A stretch of DNA of 64,000 nucleotides, taken from positions 672,001-736,000 of the forward strand of contig OZ242376.1 of NCBI GenBank assembly GCA_965209085.1, in the 5' to 3' direction. The position numbers and the translations under genes are program-made. Positions 1 through 10,081 of the stretch are shown here, piece by piece (position 1 is the first letter of the stretch; every line of letters starts with the position of its first letter). The stretch comes from Nitrosopumilaceae archaeon. Lineage in GTDB: Archaea; Thermoproteota; Nitrososphaeria; Nitrososphaerales; Nitrosopumilaceae. Under the pieces are notes generated by a model. That model was not told the DNA's origin. It searched no databases and saw only the letters and a list, made by a program, of their open reading frames with translations.

Positions 1-842
1 AATTCTTCATTTAATAATATCCAATTCCATAACGTATAAAAATTATATCCAAGAGAAATAAATTTAATTAATTCTTTATCATCAGCATTTAATAATTGTT
101 TTATATATTCTATAACTCTAGTTTTATTTTCTCGATAGTCATCTAGAATAAAATCTGGGACATTATTTAGATTATCATATTTTGCATACATTTCATCAAT
201 ATGATCCGGGTGAAAACCATAATTTGTTTTTCCTATTGTCATGATCAATAATTCTGAAATAAATTGTACATCTTTCATACGTCTCGCTTTTTGGATCGAG
301 CTAACTTTAACTTCGGTCCAGAATTTATCATTAGATGTTAATGTGGATTCCGTGATAAACCAACCACTATATTTTGCGTGTCTTAATTCTTGCTGATTTA
401 AATTGTGTGCATTTCGATTAAACCTATCAAACATTTCACTTATGACGTCAGATTCTACCGAATCTATTTGTTCTATAACTAACGAATATTGCCAAAAATC
501 TTTTTTTTGTTCTATTGAAAGTTCATTAAATTTTTTCCCAGCTAAATTTTTATCTGCAAACTCACGAGGTATGCATAGATCATTATTGTTAAAATCTATG
601 ATGGTTTGTAATCTTTGCTTTCCATCAATGATGGAATATATTGATACCCCTTCGTCGTCAATACGATGGTTCAAAAATAATGCCGGGCAAGGATAATTTT
701 TAAATATTGTTTCTAGGAAATATTCTTGATCAGAAATTGACCAAACACTATATCTTTGATATGGCGGATCAAGATTAAGTAATCTGCGAGAATTAAGATC
801 TAAAAACCAACTAATTTGTTGAGTATTCGTTATATGTACCAT
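1..842 (-). CDS. DUF262 (GmrS/ParB-like) domain protein, 3' end outside window
   Basis: Manual translation from ATG at 842 gives MVHITNTQQISWFLDLNSRRLLNLDPPYQRYSVWS...IIDGKQRLQT. PxYQR..W and DGKQRL are DUF262 motifs. Absent from the ORF track because it runs off the window edge. Confidence 0.8.
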   Translation of the reverse strand, partial: MVHITNTQQISWFLDLNSRRLLNLDPPYQRYSVWSISDQEYFLETIFKNYPCPALFLNHRIDDEGVSIYSIIDGKQRLQTIIDFNNNDLCIPREFADKNLAGKKFNELSIEQKKDFWQYSLVIEQIDSVESDVISEMFDRFNRNAHNLNQQELRHAKYSGWFITESTLTSNDKFWTEVKVSSIQKARRMKDVQFISELLIMTIGKTNYGFHPDHIDEMYAKYDNLNNVPDFILDDYRENKTRVIEYIKQLLNADDKELIKFISLGYNFYTLWNWILLNEE

Positions 843-889
843 ATTATCACACAATGAATGTATTTCTTATAAATATCTACGGTGTGTTC

Positions 890-1083
890 TAACCATATGT
901 GCCCAAGAAATCAAGGAATTCAGATGGTTGCTTAAATGATAAATCCGTATCAGTCAACAAACGTAAACCCAAAAGCAAAGCTCAAAATGCAAACAAAAAC
1001 ACTAGGGCATTTAATAGGAAATCTATGTTTGATGGAATCAACACCAATAAAGAATTCCTTGATTTCTTGGGTACATATGGTTA
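890..1083. mobile_element. 194-bp fold-back relic with two inverted left ends of IS110 family B
   Basis: 890-921 TAACCATATGTGCCCAAGAAATCAAGGAATTC matches the reverse complement of 1052-1083 at 31/32. The interior matches the 5' part of the element at 58168-58335. Confidence 0.8.
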
Positions 1084-1142
1084 TGTAGGACATTATTTAG
1101 ATCAAACATACCAAAAAATGCAAAGAACGTCTTGGAATCATC

Positions 1143-3575
1143 TTATTCATATGGACCTAAAAATCGTATACCATCAAAATGAATCATATGTGATGGAGAA
1201 TCTGCGATCCAAACTTCAGATTCCCACGATATTTTTTGTAAATATTTGCGCATGGTCGCTTTATTTAAAAATGCAGTAATAAAGACTAGACCAACTTTTG
1301 ATTTAGAAAAAATCTTTTTTAGTTCTAATCGTCTTTTATCATCCATCGGTCCATGACTAGTTACCGCTTCAATTATTAATAACCATTCATCTTTATGTTG
1401 AATTATAACATCTGGCATTTTTCCATGTGGATCTATGGTTATGCCTAGTTCTTTTAATCTGTCGTTTCCAATACTAGATTTTTTTTTAGCATCGCCAACA
1501 TAAAGTAAACACCCACCTGGAGCAAATCTTGGACCTAATTCGGTCCAAATTTTTTTTATAAGAGGATTTTGCCCCCCGGGAGATAATGATAATAATTTTT
1601 CAGGTATTTTCAATGGTATCATATTCATTTTACGTTTTATTGCATAATTTTGTTTAAGTGAAGGTTGATGTAATCTATATTTTAATAATTTTTTGTTCCA
1701 GTCAATAGTTTTATACGTTTTTAGCAGCTTTAATGATTCTTTAGTTATTCTATAAACAGTTTTTCCACTATTTGGAGGCCTCGTCGGATTATCTGGATTA
1801 ATTTCTATTAGCCCTGCATCTAAAAATTGATGAATTGTTTGTCTTCTCACGGTTTCGCGTGAATTTGGCGCATATTTTTTATCATACTTATTTTCAAAAT
1901 ATTTCATCATTTGTGTAACACCAAGCATTGGATTTTTTGACATACTCCACAGATTGTTTTTATCTAGATCTAGTAGAGCTAATAATGTCAATGCAGAACG
2001 AATGTTTTGTTGTCCTTTAGGAAAGTCTAATTGTTTTAATACGTAGATTGCTTCATTGATTTTTTGTTTTTTTGTCATGATATTATTGGTATTTTTGGTA
2101 TTAAATAATATTTTCCACATAAGCACGTCTATTTTATCTTGGTTATCGTGTACTTCAAGATATTTTACCCCTAATGATTTTAACTGATTATATGTAGGAT
2201 ATTTTATGTATTGAAGATCAGATGCGTTAACTTGTGTATGACCGTTAAATTGTCTGAAATATTGATCCACCATACTAGAATTAAGAAATAGTGATAGACC
2301 ACGTGCAATATTTATATTCATATTTTTATCACCCATATGGAAATAATTTACCCTGTTATCAAATCCGACTAAAGAATATTTATATTCATTTTTTGATATT
2401 ACTGCGCTAGAGATGCGTTTTACTTCTTCTTTAGAACTAAATCGTTTTATAATTACATAATTTTTAATTGTTAATAATAATTTACGAGATTGATGCGTGA
2501 TTTTAATATAATTATGTTTTTTAGAATTAACAGGATGTGTTATAATACCTTCATTGATGTTATATGGTTGAATAAGTGGTATAACATCTTCATCATATTT
2601 ATGCCGTAACAAATGTTTAATTCTAAAATCAACTATTTTACCTGTAGATACATATATGTTAAGATCATACAATGAAGTTTTTAGTTGAGCCATTATTAAC
2701 GATATTTGTTTATTTGAATCATCCGATATTATATGAATAAATTTCTTTGAATCATTTGGTTTGATTATTAAATCACTTGAAATATTTTTTATTATCATGT
2801 TAAAATCATTTGGACTAGATGATGTTGTGATGGTCAGGGTATTTTTTTTAATTTTTTCATTAACAGAATATACAATTATATTTTCCTGCAATACATCATC
2901 GTCACTAAATGATGTAGTTCTAGAATCAAATATATGTATTCTTTTTAAAAGTAATGATCGTAAAAATTTTTTTCTAAATGATTCAAAATAAACACCATTA
3001 CAAAAACTTCTTGGAGATATAAACACCATTTGACCATGTAATTTCAACACTTTTTGAGATATTGCAATGAATGCACTGTAAATATTTGTATGATCAATAT
3101 TTTCTGTTAACAATAATTTAGCTGTAGTAGACGAATTGTTGATTTTTGAGTATGGGGGATTTATTATTATGTGACTAAATTGTTTATTAAAACATGAGGC
3201 TATCATATCCGTAATAAAATTTTTATGAATTACACTATATGAAAAATTTATTCCGTTCTTATTGCATAATGTCATACACCGTTTCATCGATTTTTCTAAA
3301 TATGGTATTAATGATTTATCTATTTCATAGGCGGTTATTCTTATAACATTTGGTCTAAAATTATTATTAATAATTTCTTCTATACATGCTACGGATAACG
3401 CGCCAATTCCAGCTCCAGGATCTAGAATATCTATTTCGTTTTTTTTGTAGCTCATCATGGATGCCATAAGTTTAGAAAGAGAAGCACTTGAAAAATATTG
3501 TTTAAATTTGTCTTTTTTCTTGTGTCGATCCATACTCAATCTTAATACATCGACATATGATGATATTTCATTCAT
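1143..3575 (-). CDS. Fused N6-adenine methyltransferase + BsuBI/PstI-type restriction endonuclease (810 aa)
   Basis: MTase motif I (ILDPGAGIG) and motif IV (IINPPY). The C-terminal ~310 aa carry YAPNSRETVRRQTIHQF, LSPGGQNPLI, HGKMPDV and IEAVTSHGP, typical of BsuBI/PstI endonucleases. Confidence 0.85.
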   Translation of the reverse strand: MNEISSYVDVLRLSMDRHKKKDKFKQYFSSASLSKLMASMMSYKKNEIDILDPGAGIGALSVACIEEIINNNFRPNVIRITAYEIDKSLIPYLEKSMKRCMTLCNKNGINFSYSVIHKNFITDMIASCFNKQFSHIIINPPYSKINNSSTTAKLLLTENIDHTNIYSAFIAISQKVLKLHGQMVFISPRSFCNGVYFESFRKKFLRSLLLKRIHIFDSRTTSFSDDDVLQENIIVYSVNEKIKKNTLTITTSSSPNDFNMIIKNISSDLIIKPNDSKKFIHIISDDSNKQISLIMAQLKTSLYDLNIYVSTGKIVDFRIKHLLRHKYDEDVIPLIQPYNINEGIITHPVNSKKHNYIKITHQSRKLLLTIKNYVIIKRFSSKEEVKRISSAVISKNEYKYSLVGFDNRVNYFHMGDKNMNINIARGLSLFLNSSMVDQYFRQFNGHTQVNASDLQYIKYPTYNQLKSLGVKYLEVHDNQDKIDVLMWKILFNTKNTNNIMTKKQKINEAIYVLKQLDFPKGQQNIRSALTLLALLDLDKNNLWSMSKNPMLGVTQMMKYFENKYDKKYAPNSRETVRRQTIHQFLDAGLIEINPDNPTRPPNSGKTVYRITKESLKLLKTYKTIDWNKKLLKYRLHQPSLKQNYAIKRKMNMIPLKIPEKLLSLSPGGQNPLIKKIWTELGPRFAPGGCLLYVGDAKKKSSIGNDRLKELGITIDPHGKMPDVIIQHKDEWLLIIEAVTSHGPMDDKRRLELKKIFSKSKVGLVFITAFLNKATMRKYLQKISWESEVWIADSPSHMIHFDGIRFLGPYE

Positions 3576-3626
3576 GAATTAATGTACTATAACTACCATA
3601 TATCATATGATCATTAATAGAGTTTA

Positions 3627-5047
3627 TCCATGCGAATACTTTAAAGATTTCTTGATTTTCGGTGTCATGCGATATGGCTTTCGCTATGTGTCTGTTTCTA
3701 GTCAAAAGATACAAGACATCTATCCATTCGGGATTTAATCCCACAACCATCTTCATCTACATGTTAAAGATTACCGCAGTTATGCCGCCGAGGTAACATC
3801 CCCAAAGTCTAACCCGCGGTTTGTTGCTTTAACTATGATGTATTTCAAATTCACTCCTATCCTTTAGCATACGAAATATGACATCAAGCATCTTGGCCGC
3901 TGCTGCAACTTTGGCCTTGGATGATCCTCTCTTTTTTGCAAGACGCCGGTAAAATTCAGAAATGTTCCTCTCTGATGAAAATTGGACATGAGTGGTATAC
4001 TGCCGCTCATAAATAAATGCAATTTTTGAAGCATGTTAACATTAGGACTAGGCGTGAATAATTGCAGTTACTTTTGAGTGGCAGTATAATAGCTTCCACC
4101 AGTGCTCACCGCATCATCCTACTTCCTCTTTTTGTTATATGTCCGTGATGGACCACATCTCTGAATTGTGAACAGATGGGGCAAGACCAGCATATGATGT
4201 GAGTTGTTTTGGTTCAGAAAACCTCTCAATTCCATCAATTTCTGCTGCCAGTATCAATGAAATAAAATCCACTATGCCAGGTATTGTCTTGAGCAACATT
4301 GCATCCTTGTTTGAACAGGATGCGTTGTGCACCTTTATGTTTGAATCTGCAATTTTTGTATTAACGAATCCAATAGAATCCAAATATCCGTTTATACGAT
4401 AGTCCTTTAGAAAACGCAGTTTTTATTGTATGCAAGCGTAAATGTTACTCCAAAGATCTTTATCCTTCCCTGTAACAAAATTCCATATATTTTGTTTTTT
4501 TAGAGTTGTTCTTGTCTTGACAAGACTGTTGCGATATTGTACAAGTTGCTGTTGTTCCATTATGTCCTTGTTTGAGACATGACAGAGGGATATGTATCTG
4601 CAGCGTAATATGTCTGCAAGTGTTACAGCATCCCTCTTGTCAGTCTTTTTCTTGGATGCGGCGATGATTTTTGTAGCCCAATGATTTGACAATACGACAT
4701 CATAACCCATCTTGTCTGTCATGCATCGATTTAGTCTGTATCATACGGATGAAGATTCCATGACGATTTTTGCATTTTCAGGTACGCTTGATCAGATGAA
4801 TAATCTGATGGACTTGTTTTCATTTTCAATCCTCTCATTAAAAATCACTTTAGCTTTTTTATCCATCATTGCAATTTGGAGAAATTTCTTGTGAACGTCC
4901 ATTCCCACAAACATATCCTTCCCAGAATATGTGGTAATCTGTTTGTTTACATTTGGATCTTTTTTAGATGATTTACGTCTCGGTAATACGGATCGTTTGA
5001 CATTCTGACAACCATCGATGGTCTTAGAATCTTTCTTCACATATGGT
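3627..5047 (-). mobile_element. IS110 family A copy 1 (frameshifted transposase)
   Basis: Ends ACCATATGTG / TTCGCATGGA flanked by TA. ORF pieces 4792-5040, 4423-4722 and 4135-4383 match the intact 373-aa copy at 21763-22884. Confidence 0.9.
3998..4086. mobile_element. 89-bp IS630-derived MITE inside IS110-A1
   Basis: TA duplication, TIRs TACTGCCGCTCA / TGAGTGGCAGTA, and AATTGCAGTTACTTTTG shared with the end of the IS630 at 60618-61733. Confidence 0.8.
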
Positions 5048-5123
5048 TATGCATAATGAGCCAAATTCACAATTTTTACGAATAAAAATGACCGATTTGA
5101 ACGATTATGTATACGATCTTTTG

Positions 5124-5311
5124 TATACCTGCAAGCATAAATTCGTTTAAAAATCAACCATTGCACAATATCCATAAACGAGTTCTGCGAAAAATACAAG
5201 AGTTGTGAGTTGGTGTGAAGTTTCGGAAGTGGTTTTTTCATTGACAGATCCACTCCAGAGGAGGTAAAATTTGTAACACTTGGAGCATTCTCATTTTATG
5301 AGGTCTACTCT
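5124..5311. mobile_element. Orphan IS ends (IS630 end, then IS3 end)
   Basis: 5124-5167 matches the IS630 start at 59144. About 5252-5311 matches the IS3 end at 56262-56322. Confidence 0.6.
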
Positions 5312-5346
5312 AATTTCAAGTAATGCTGTAATTTGCTTGATCAAAA

Positions 5347-6315
5347 TTAACAATTTACAACAAACCTCGTCCTATCAGTAACTGTACCGATAATGAGATC
5401 TGTACTTTCTTTTTTATTTGAATCCTGATTGTCCAATTCTACATCGATCACTTTGAAAAGAAATTTTGTATTCTCATCCCATGTGGAAAAATGCATTCCA
5501 CTCGTAAGATAATATCCGATACAATATTCGAACATTTTTTTTGACATTGACATAAAAGATGAATCCATGGTTCTCCCTGATTCATCAGATGTTAATTTTG
5601 TCGGGTGGATTATGAACATGTCCGGTTTGCACGGTGTGGTGACTGTTTCTAATATTTTGAGGGTGATTTTTAGAGCATTTGTTGTTTTGACAGGTACGAC
5701 CTCTACAAGATCGCCATTGTCAATTACACCGTTAAATCTCAAACCCTGATTTATTACAGTTTCAGGTAGTTCGCCATTATATACGAAATGCGATATACAT
5801 GTGGCTACGGTTTGCTTTGCTCCTGTCACTAGGACCGGATCTCCATCGTCAATTCCAAGTTTTTTCACAATATCATAACTTGTACGTAAAATGTTGGCTC
5901 CAACAGGCACTTGCACTAGGGTACTCCGATTGTCATCTTCTGATTCCTCTATCATCCAAACGTCTCTAATGTGCGTATCCGGATCAGCAAGCATGAATGC
6001 TCTCATTTCGCCGTGTGGTATGTAGTACATTCTACTTTTTTTGTAGCGATTTGGATTGAGAATGCCCTCCACATGCTTGTCTATAATGGAATCGGTTCCA
6101 TCCACATTCTTGTTTTCAATCAATCTTGACATCTGATCTAATGGTGCATCGTGAAAATTTACAGTGTGACCATATTTTGATTTTAATTCTTCTTTATCAT
6201 CATCTGTCCATCTGGCAACATGTACGTATGGAACTGGGACATCATCTGCAACACACAGTAACTCATTTATGGCAACTCTAAGCGGTGTTGATTTTTGATC
6301 TTTATTTTTTGACAT
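5347..6315 (-). CDS. Protein with a CDC48/VAT N-domain-like region and no AAA ATPase domain
   Basis: ILRTSYDIVKKLGIDDGDPVLVTGAKQTVA...INQGLRFNGVIDNGDLVEV...FKVIDVE...TVTDRTRFVV resembles CDC48_N + CDC48_2. No Walker A motif. Confidence 0.6.
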   Translation of the reverse strand: MSKNKDQKSTPLRVAINELLCVADDVPVPYVHVARWTDDDKEELKSKYGHTVNFHDAPLDQMSRLIENKNVDGTDSIIDKHVEGILNPNRYKKSRMYYIPHGEMRAFMLADPDTHIRDVWMIEESEDDNRSTLVQVPVGANILRTSYDIVKKLGIDDGDPVLVTGAKQTVATCISHFVYNGELPETVINQGLRFNGVIDNGDLVEVVPVKTTNALKITLKILETVTTPCKPDMFIIHPTKLTSDESGRTMDSSFMSMSKKMFEYCIGYYLTSGMHFSTWDENTKFLFKVIDVELDNQDSNKKESTDLIIGTVTDRTRFVVNC

Positions 6316-6321
6316 ATTTTT

Positions 6322-9300
6322 TTATTCCTCTGTCGGCTCCACAGGATTCCCGTCTGTTTTGGATGAAGGTTTGCTGGGTTTTTTATGGATGTATTTTTTA
6401 GGTTCATAGTCTGCTGGAAGATCTACTACAAACGTACGTATCCTCTCATAACCTTCATCCACCTCTTCTCGCAGGTTGACAATTTTGCCGTTTGCAGACC
6501 AGACATGGCATTCATCAAAGCCAAGTTCAATCCATTTTCTCATGTTGAATAATACATGCTCTGGGTGGGATTGAACCTCTGTTATTGATTCAATCTCGAC
6601 TGAAACTGCCATACCAACAGAATAATCATATGCAACAAAGTCCGGTCTGTTTTGCCCCTTTTGGGCACTTTGATGTGCAAGGCTGACAAACCATCCTTTT
6701 TTGCGGTAATAATCCACTGCCTGCTGTGCTACAAGTGGGGTATCTGGGGCGCTGCCAATCTGATTGTAATCCAAATCAACGTATGCCTTTATGCCATTAT
6801 CTGTTAGACCATATAACGGACTGCGCTGTACCTTTGAATTTAGAATGTGTTCCACAAAACCTGAATCCTGCAAAGTTGTAAGGGCAGCTGTCACAGCATC
6901 TCGCGTCATGGCCTTTATGCCTCGGGTTATGTCAAGCAGTATGTGCTTTTCATGCATTAGGTGCATTATCACCTGCCATTCTATTTCAAATGGCAGACCA
7001 TTTGAGCAGCATACTTTCCACTTGCTTGCCCCGCCTTGTATTTGATCATACTCTAAATTCTCTTCAAGATCTTTAGATTTTATGCCGTATATGGCCTTAC
7101 ATTTTGCATATATTTCATCAACTTTAACATTGCTTAGCAGAACAGGTGGCGGAGGCAGGGAATTTGTATACACGGGCATGCCAGGCTCGTGTCCATCAGG
7201 GGAGCGTTGCTTTACGTAAAATGCGTGATCTGCAAGTCCTGCAAGTGAATTGCGCAGTTTTTCAGACAGTGCCGGATCCACCATTAGTGCAATTTTAGAT
7301 GCATCAGAGCCTGAGAGTCGGCCAAAGATCATAGTAGAGCAGTTGCCCATAATCCCATCCAAAATTGGTTTGCTAATCTGTGCAGAGTTTTGATGTGCCA
7401 ATATTACACCCATGCCAAAACTGCGGGCCTGTGCCATCAAGGTTGCAATAAGACCCATATCTCCAATTCGCTGAAACTCATCCAATGCAAGTATCACTGG
7501 TATACGCTCCTCTGAACTTGTCCGTACCGCACGTTTTTTTACAGCATACCATATCTTTGAAACCATCGACATCAGCAAAACCCTGTGGGCAATTTCCGGT
7601 GTTTCAGCATCGCTTATGCGAATCAAAATTACAGTATTTGGCTTTAACATTTCACCGAATTTGATCTTGCTTTTTCTAACACCAAAATGCCGGCGCAGAT
7701 ACTCATCTGTAACAAACGGCTCTATGCGGTTTAGTATGGAATTCCATGCATCATCACGAAGTGTCGCAGCTGATTCAAGAGCCTGAATGAATTCTCTGTT
7801 TGGTATGCGATAGGAGCGTTTTATGCGCTCCATTGCCCCATCTTTTTTAAACGTCATTACAAGGCGGTACATGTCCGCAAGTGTTGGAGAATCCGCATTA
7901 TGATAAAGTAATTGTAGCAACAGTTTCAAGAGCCGCTCCATCTGCACATACTGTTGCGTCTGTTGGTAAAATTCCTTAAACATGGATAAAACATGGTCCA
8001 CCATGAACGAGACAGTAACACTCCTCTCGCCGTGCTTGTATTCTGGAAGCTCTAAAAGGTTTATTCCAAAATCCGTCTTGTTTATGTCCAGTAAAATTAC
8101 GTTGATTCCAGGAATTGTGCGTTTTACAAATTCAAAGGTGTCATTTTCCTTGCTGTCGATTCCTATGTAAACGCCTGGTCTGCCGGCGGCCATCGCATTT
8201 ATCATGTGCAAATATATGTTTAACAACATTGTAGTCTTGCCGCAGCCAGATGCCCCTAACACATAGGTGTGCCGTGTTAAATCATCAAGATCGTATACCG
8301 TATTGTGTGAGCTAGACGGTACCATTTGCCCGTATTTGATATTTGCCTGATTATCCTTACTGTCGGTCCCGATTACACATCCGCTGCGCTCTTGTGGGAG
8401 TGTCTCAAAATGTGCCCGATTATATCTGACGGGGAGTGTTTCTGTATACGGCATATGGCATGCGATTTGTATCAGCTCATCCGCATTTAGACAGAAAAAC
8501 GGTACCATGTCGCGGCCTCTACCCCAAAGACCATCCTTCCACATTTTTTTATTATCGTATAGCTGCTGTATTGCATTATCATCGTACATCGTACGGGATT
8601 TCATGTATTGATCAAAATATGGATATTTTTTGTATGTTATCAGCAAACCTCTGTCCTGTTTTGAGCGCAGATGCTCTGCAAGACTCTGCATGGTTTTTAG
8701 ATTTGCACCATGCTCATCTTTTGCAATGATTCCACGTATGCTCATTGCACAAAGGTTCTCATGCACTCTTTGTTCATAATCGGGGCGTGCGGTACGCATG
8801 AATTCTGGCACCTGTTTGTCACTTGGGGTATGGACCGTGTTGTATTTTGGTATAAAATTTCTATCAACGGATGCATGAAAATCTGTTTTGCCCTTTGTAA
8901 TGTCTTTTATTTCATTATATAGTGAGTTTAGATGAATACTGCATGCATCATTTATTCGATCATCACGTACGAATAAAATTTGAATCCATGCATAACTCAT
9001 GTTTGAAATAGTCGATATGAGCATTTCTAGAAAATCTGTATTATCCATCAGCATGGGTGAAAAGTTGAACGCTTTACTAACTTCAATGTCAAACTGTATT
9101 GCATCATCGGGTCTTCCCACAGGTTCTGTCTGCTCCAAATGATCGTAATTTACAAGGTTTAGGGAATTTGTAAAAAATTTCATCTCACCTTGCTGTGCAC
9201 CAAGAATTATCCGAACCTGCTCTGATTTTGGCTCTTTCCACAATTCGATTGCTCTTGTCCTGTTTGTCACGACCGTATTTTGCGTCTTTGATTTTATGCC

Positions 9301-9495
9301 AGATGTGGGGTATATTTCGGCAAGCTGTATGGGATTTTGTACATCCTCTGCTGGCTCATCCATTGCATGCATGCCTCCGCCAAAATATTTCATGTTCGGT
9401 TCTTTGATTTTTTTGCCGTTTTCTTTGATGATTTCATACACTTTCTTTTTTACTGTTCTACCCAGCCAGTCCTTTTTCTCATCATGCCAAACCAC
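6322..9495 (-). CDS. VirD4/TraD/HerA-family ATPase with C-terminal wHTH and PD-(D/E)XK-like region (1057 aa)
   Basis: RHTYVLGASGCGKT (Walker A), ILALDEFQR (Walker B), ARSFGMGVILAHQ and a C-terminal RPDFVAYD...SVEIES. Higher GC than the neighbouring R-M genes. Confidence 0.8.
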   Translation of the reverse strand: MVWHDEKKDWLGRTVKKKVYEIIKENGKKIKEPNMKYFGGGMHAMDEPAEDVQNPIQLAEIYPTSGIKSKTQNTVVTNRTRAIELWKEPKSEQVRIILGAQQGEMKFFTNSLNLVNYDHLEQTEPVGRPDDAIQFDIEVSKAFNFSPMLMDNTDFLEMLISTISNMSYAWIQILFVRDDRINDACSIHLNSLYNEIKDITKGKTDFHASVDRNFIPKYNTVHTPSDKQVPEFMRTARPDYEQRVHENLCAMSIRGIIAKDEHGANLKTMQSLAEHLRSKQDRGLLITYKKYPYFDQYMKSRTMYDDNAIQQLYDNKKMWKDGLWGRGRDMVPFFCLNADELIQIACHMPYTETLPVRYNRAHFETLPQERSGCVIGTDSKDNQANIKYGQMVPSSSHNTVYDLDDLTRHTYVLGASGCGKTTMLLNIYLHMINAMAAGRPGVYIGIDSKENDTFEFVKRTIPGINVILLDINKTDFGINLLELPEYKHGERSVTVSFMVDHVLSMFKEFYQQTQQYVQMERLLKLLLQLLYHNADSPTLADMYRLVMTFKKDGAMERIKRSYRIPNREFIQALESAATLRDDAWNSILNRIEPFVTDEYLRRHFGVRKSKIKFGEMLKPNTVILIRISDAETPEIAHRVLLMSMVSKIWYAVKKRAVRTSSEERIPVILALDEFQRIGDMGLIATLMAQARSFGMGVILAHQNSAQISKPILDGIMGNCSTMIFGRLSGSDASKIALMVDPALSEKLRNSLAGLADHAFYVKQRSPDGHEPGMPVYTNSLPPPPVLLSNVKVDEIYAKCKAIYGIKSKDLEENLEYDQIQGGASKWKVCCSNGLPFEIEWQVIMHLMHEKHILLDITRGIKAMTRDAVTAALTTLQDSGFVEHILNSKVQRSPLYGLTDNGIKAYVDLDYNQIGSAPDTPLVAQQAVDYYRKKGWFVSLAHQSAQKGQNRPDFVAYDYSVGMAVSVEIESITEVQSHPEHVLFNMRKWIELGFDECHVWSANGKIVNLREEVDEGYERIRTFVVDLPADYEPKKYIHKKPSKPSSKTDGNPVEPTEE

Positions 9496-9555
9496 GTATT
9501 ATAATACACGTTCTGATAAAAAAGTATTATTATGAACGATATATGACATAATTAC

Positions 9556-10032
9556 ATGTATGAACACGATTCATATCTTTTAGCATTTATTGATAGTGGT
9601 GGCGACGTATATGATGTTCACATATGTGATGATTTACATTCTAGTGGAACATTTGAATATGTTGAATTCAAGTATTCATTACCTTATGCTCATTATATTG
9701 TAATTTGGAGAAGGGATCACAAAAAAATCACACGAAAAAATGCAGACGTGATTTTTAAATACATAAAAGATGACATGGAAGAATTTATGATGGAGGACGA
9801 AGGGGAAAAGAATGCATGGCACGTGCATATTCGACGTAAGCTAACTCGCGATCATGATTGCTTGGTACTTGCATGGGATAAAATGTCATTGCCAAAATCA
9901 TTTCCAACATGGCCAGAATTTCTTAGTTGGGCATATATGATAGTAGAAGAAAATTCATCTGTTATTGCAGAACCAAATTCAATACATGATAGAGAACTTG
10001 CAATTTATGACGGGCGAATGTTTCCAAAATAA
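9556..10032 (+). CDS. Hypothetical protein (158 aa)
   Basis: ATG-started ORF with protein-like composition, divergent from the ATPase. No recognised motif. Confidence 0.55.
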   Translation: MYEHDSYLLAFIDSGGDVYDVHICDDLHSSGTFEYVEFKYSLPYAHYIVIWRRDHKKITRKNADVIFKYIKDDMEEFMMEDEGEKNAWHVHIRRKLTRDHDCLVLAWDKMSLPKSFPTWPEFLSWAYMIVEENSSVIAEPNSIHDRELAIYDGRMFPK

Positions 10033-10081
10033 ATCTGTCAATATCGGTCTAATAATATAATTCTAAATATAATGGACCTTA

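Larger units (their letters stand above)
3619..5119. mobile_element. 78-bp MITE split by an IS110-A insertion in its TIR
   Basis: AGAGTT-TA at 3619-3626, then the IS, then TA-TGCATAATGAGCC...TATGTATACGATCT to 5119. Rejoined, it matches the empty MITEs at 25247 and 56172. Flanks (AAT/TTT) do not form a TSD. Confidence 0.75.

Noticed and set aside
899-1279. 126-aa ORF
   Set aside because: It is the IS110-B start running through the fold-back into the antisense strand of the R-M gene.
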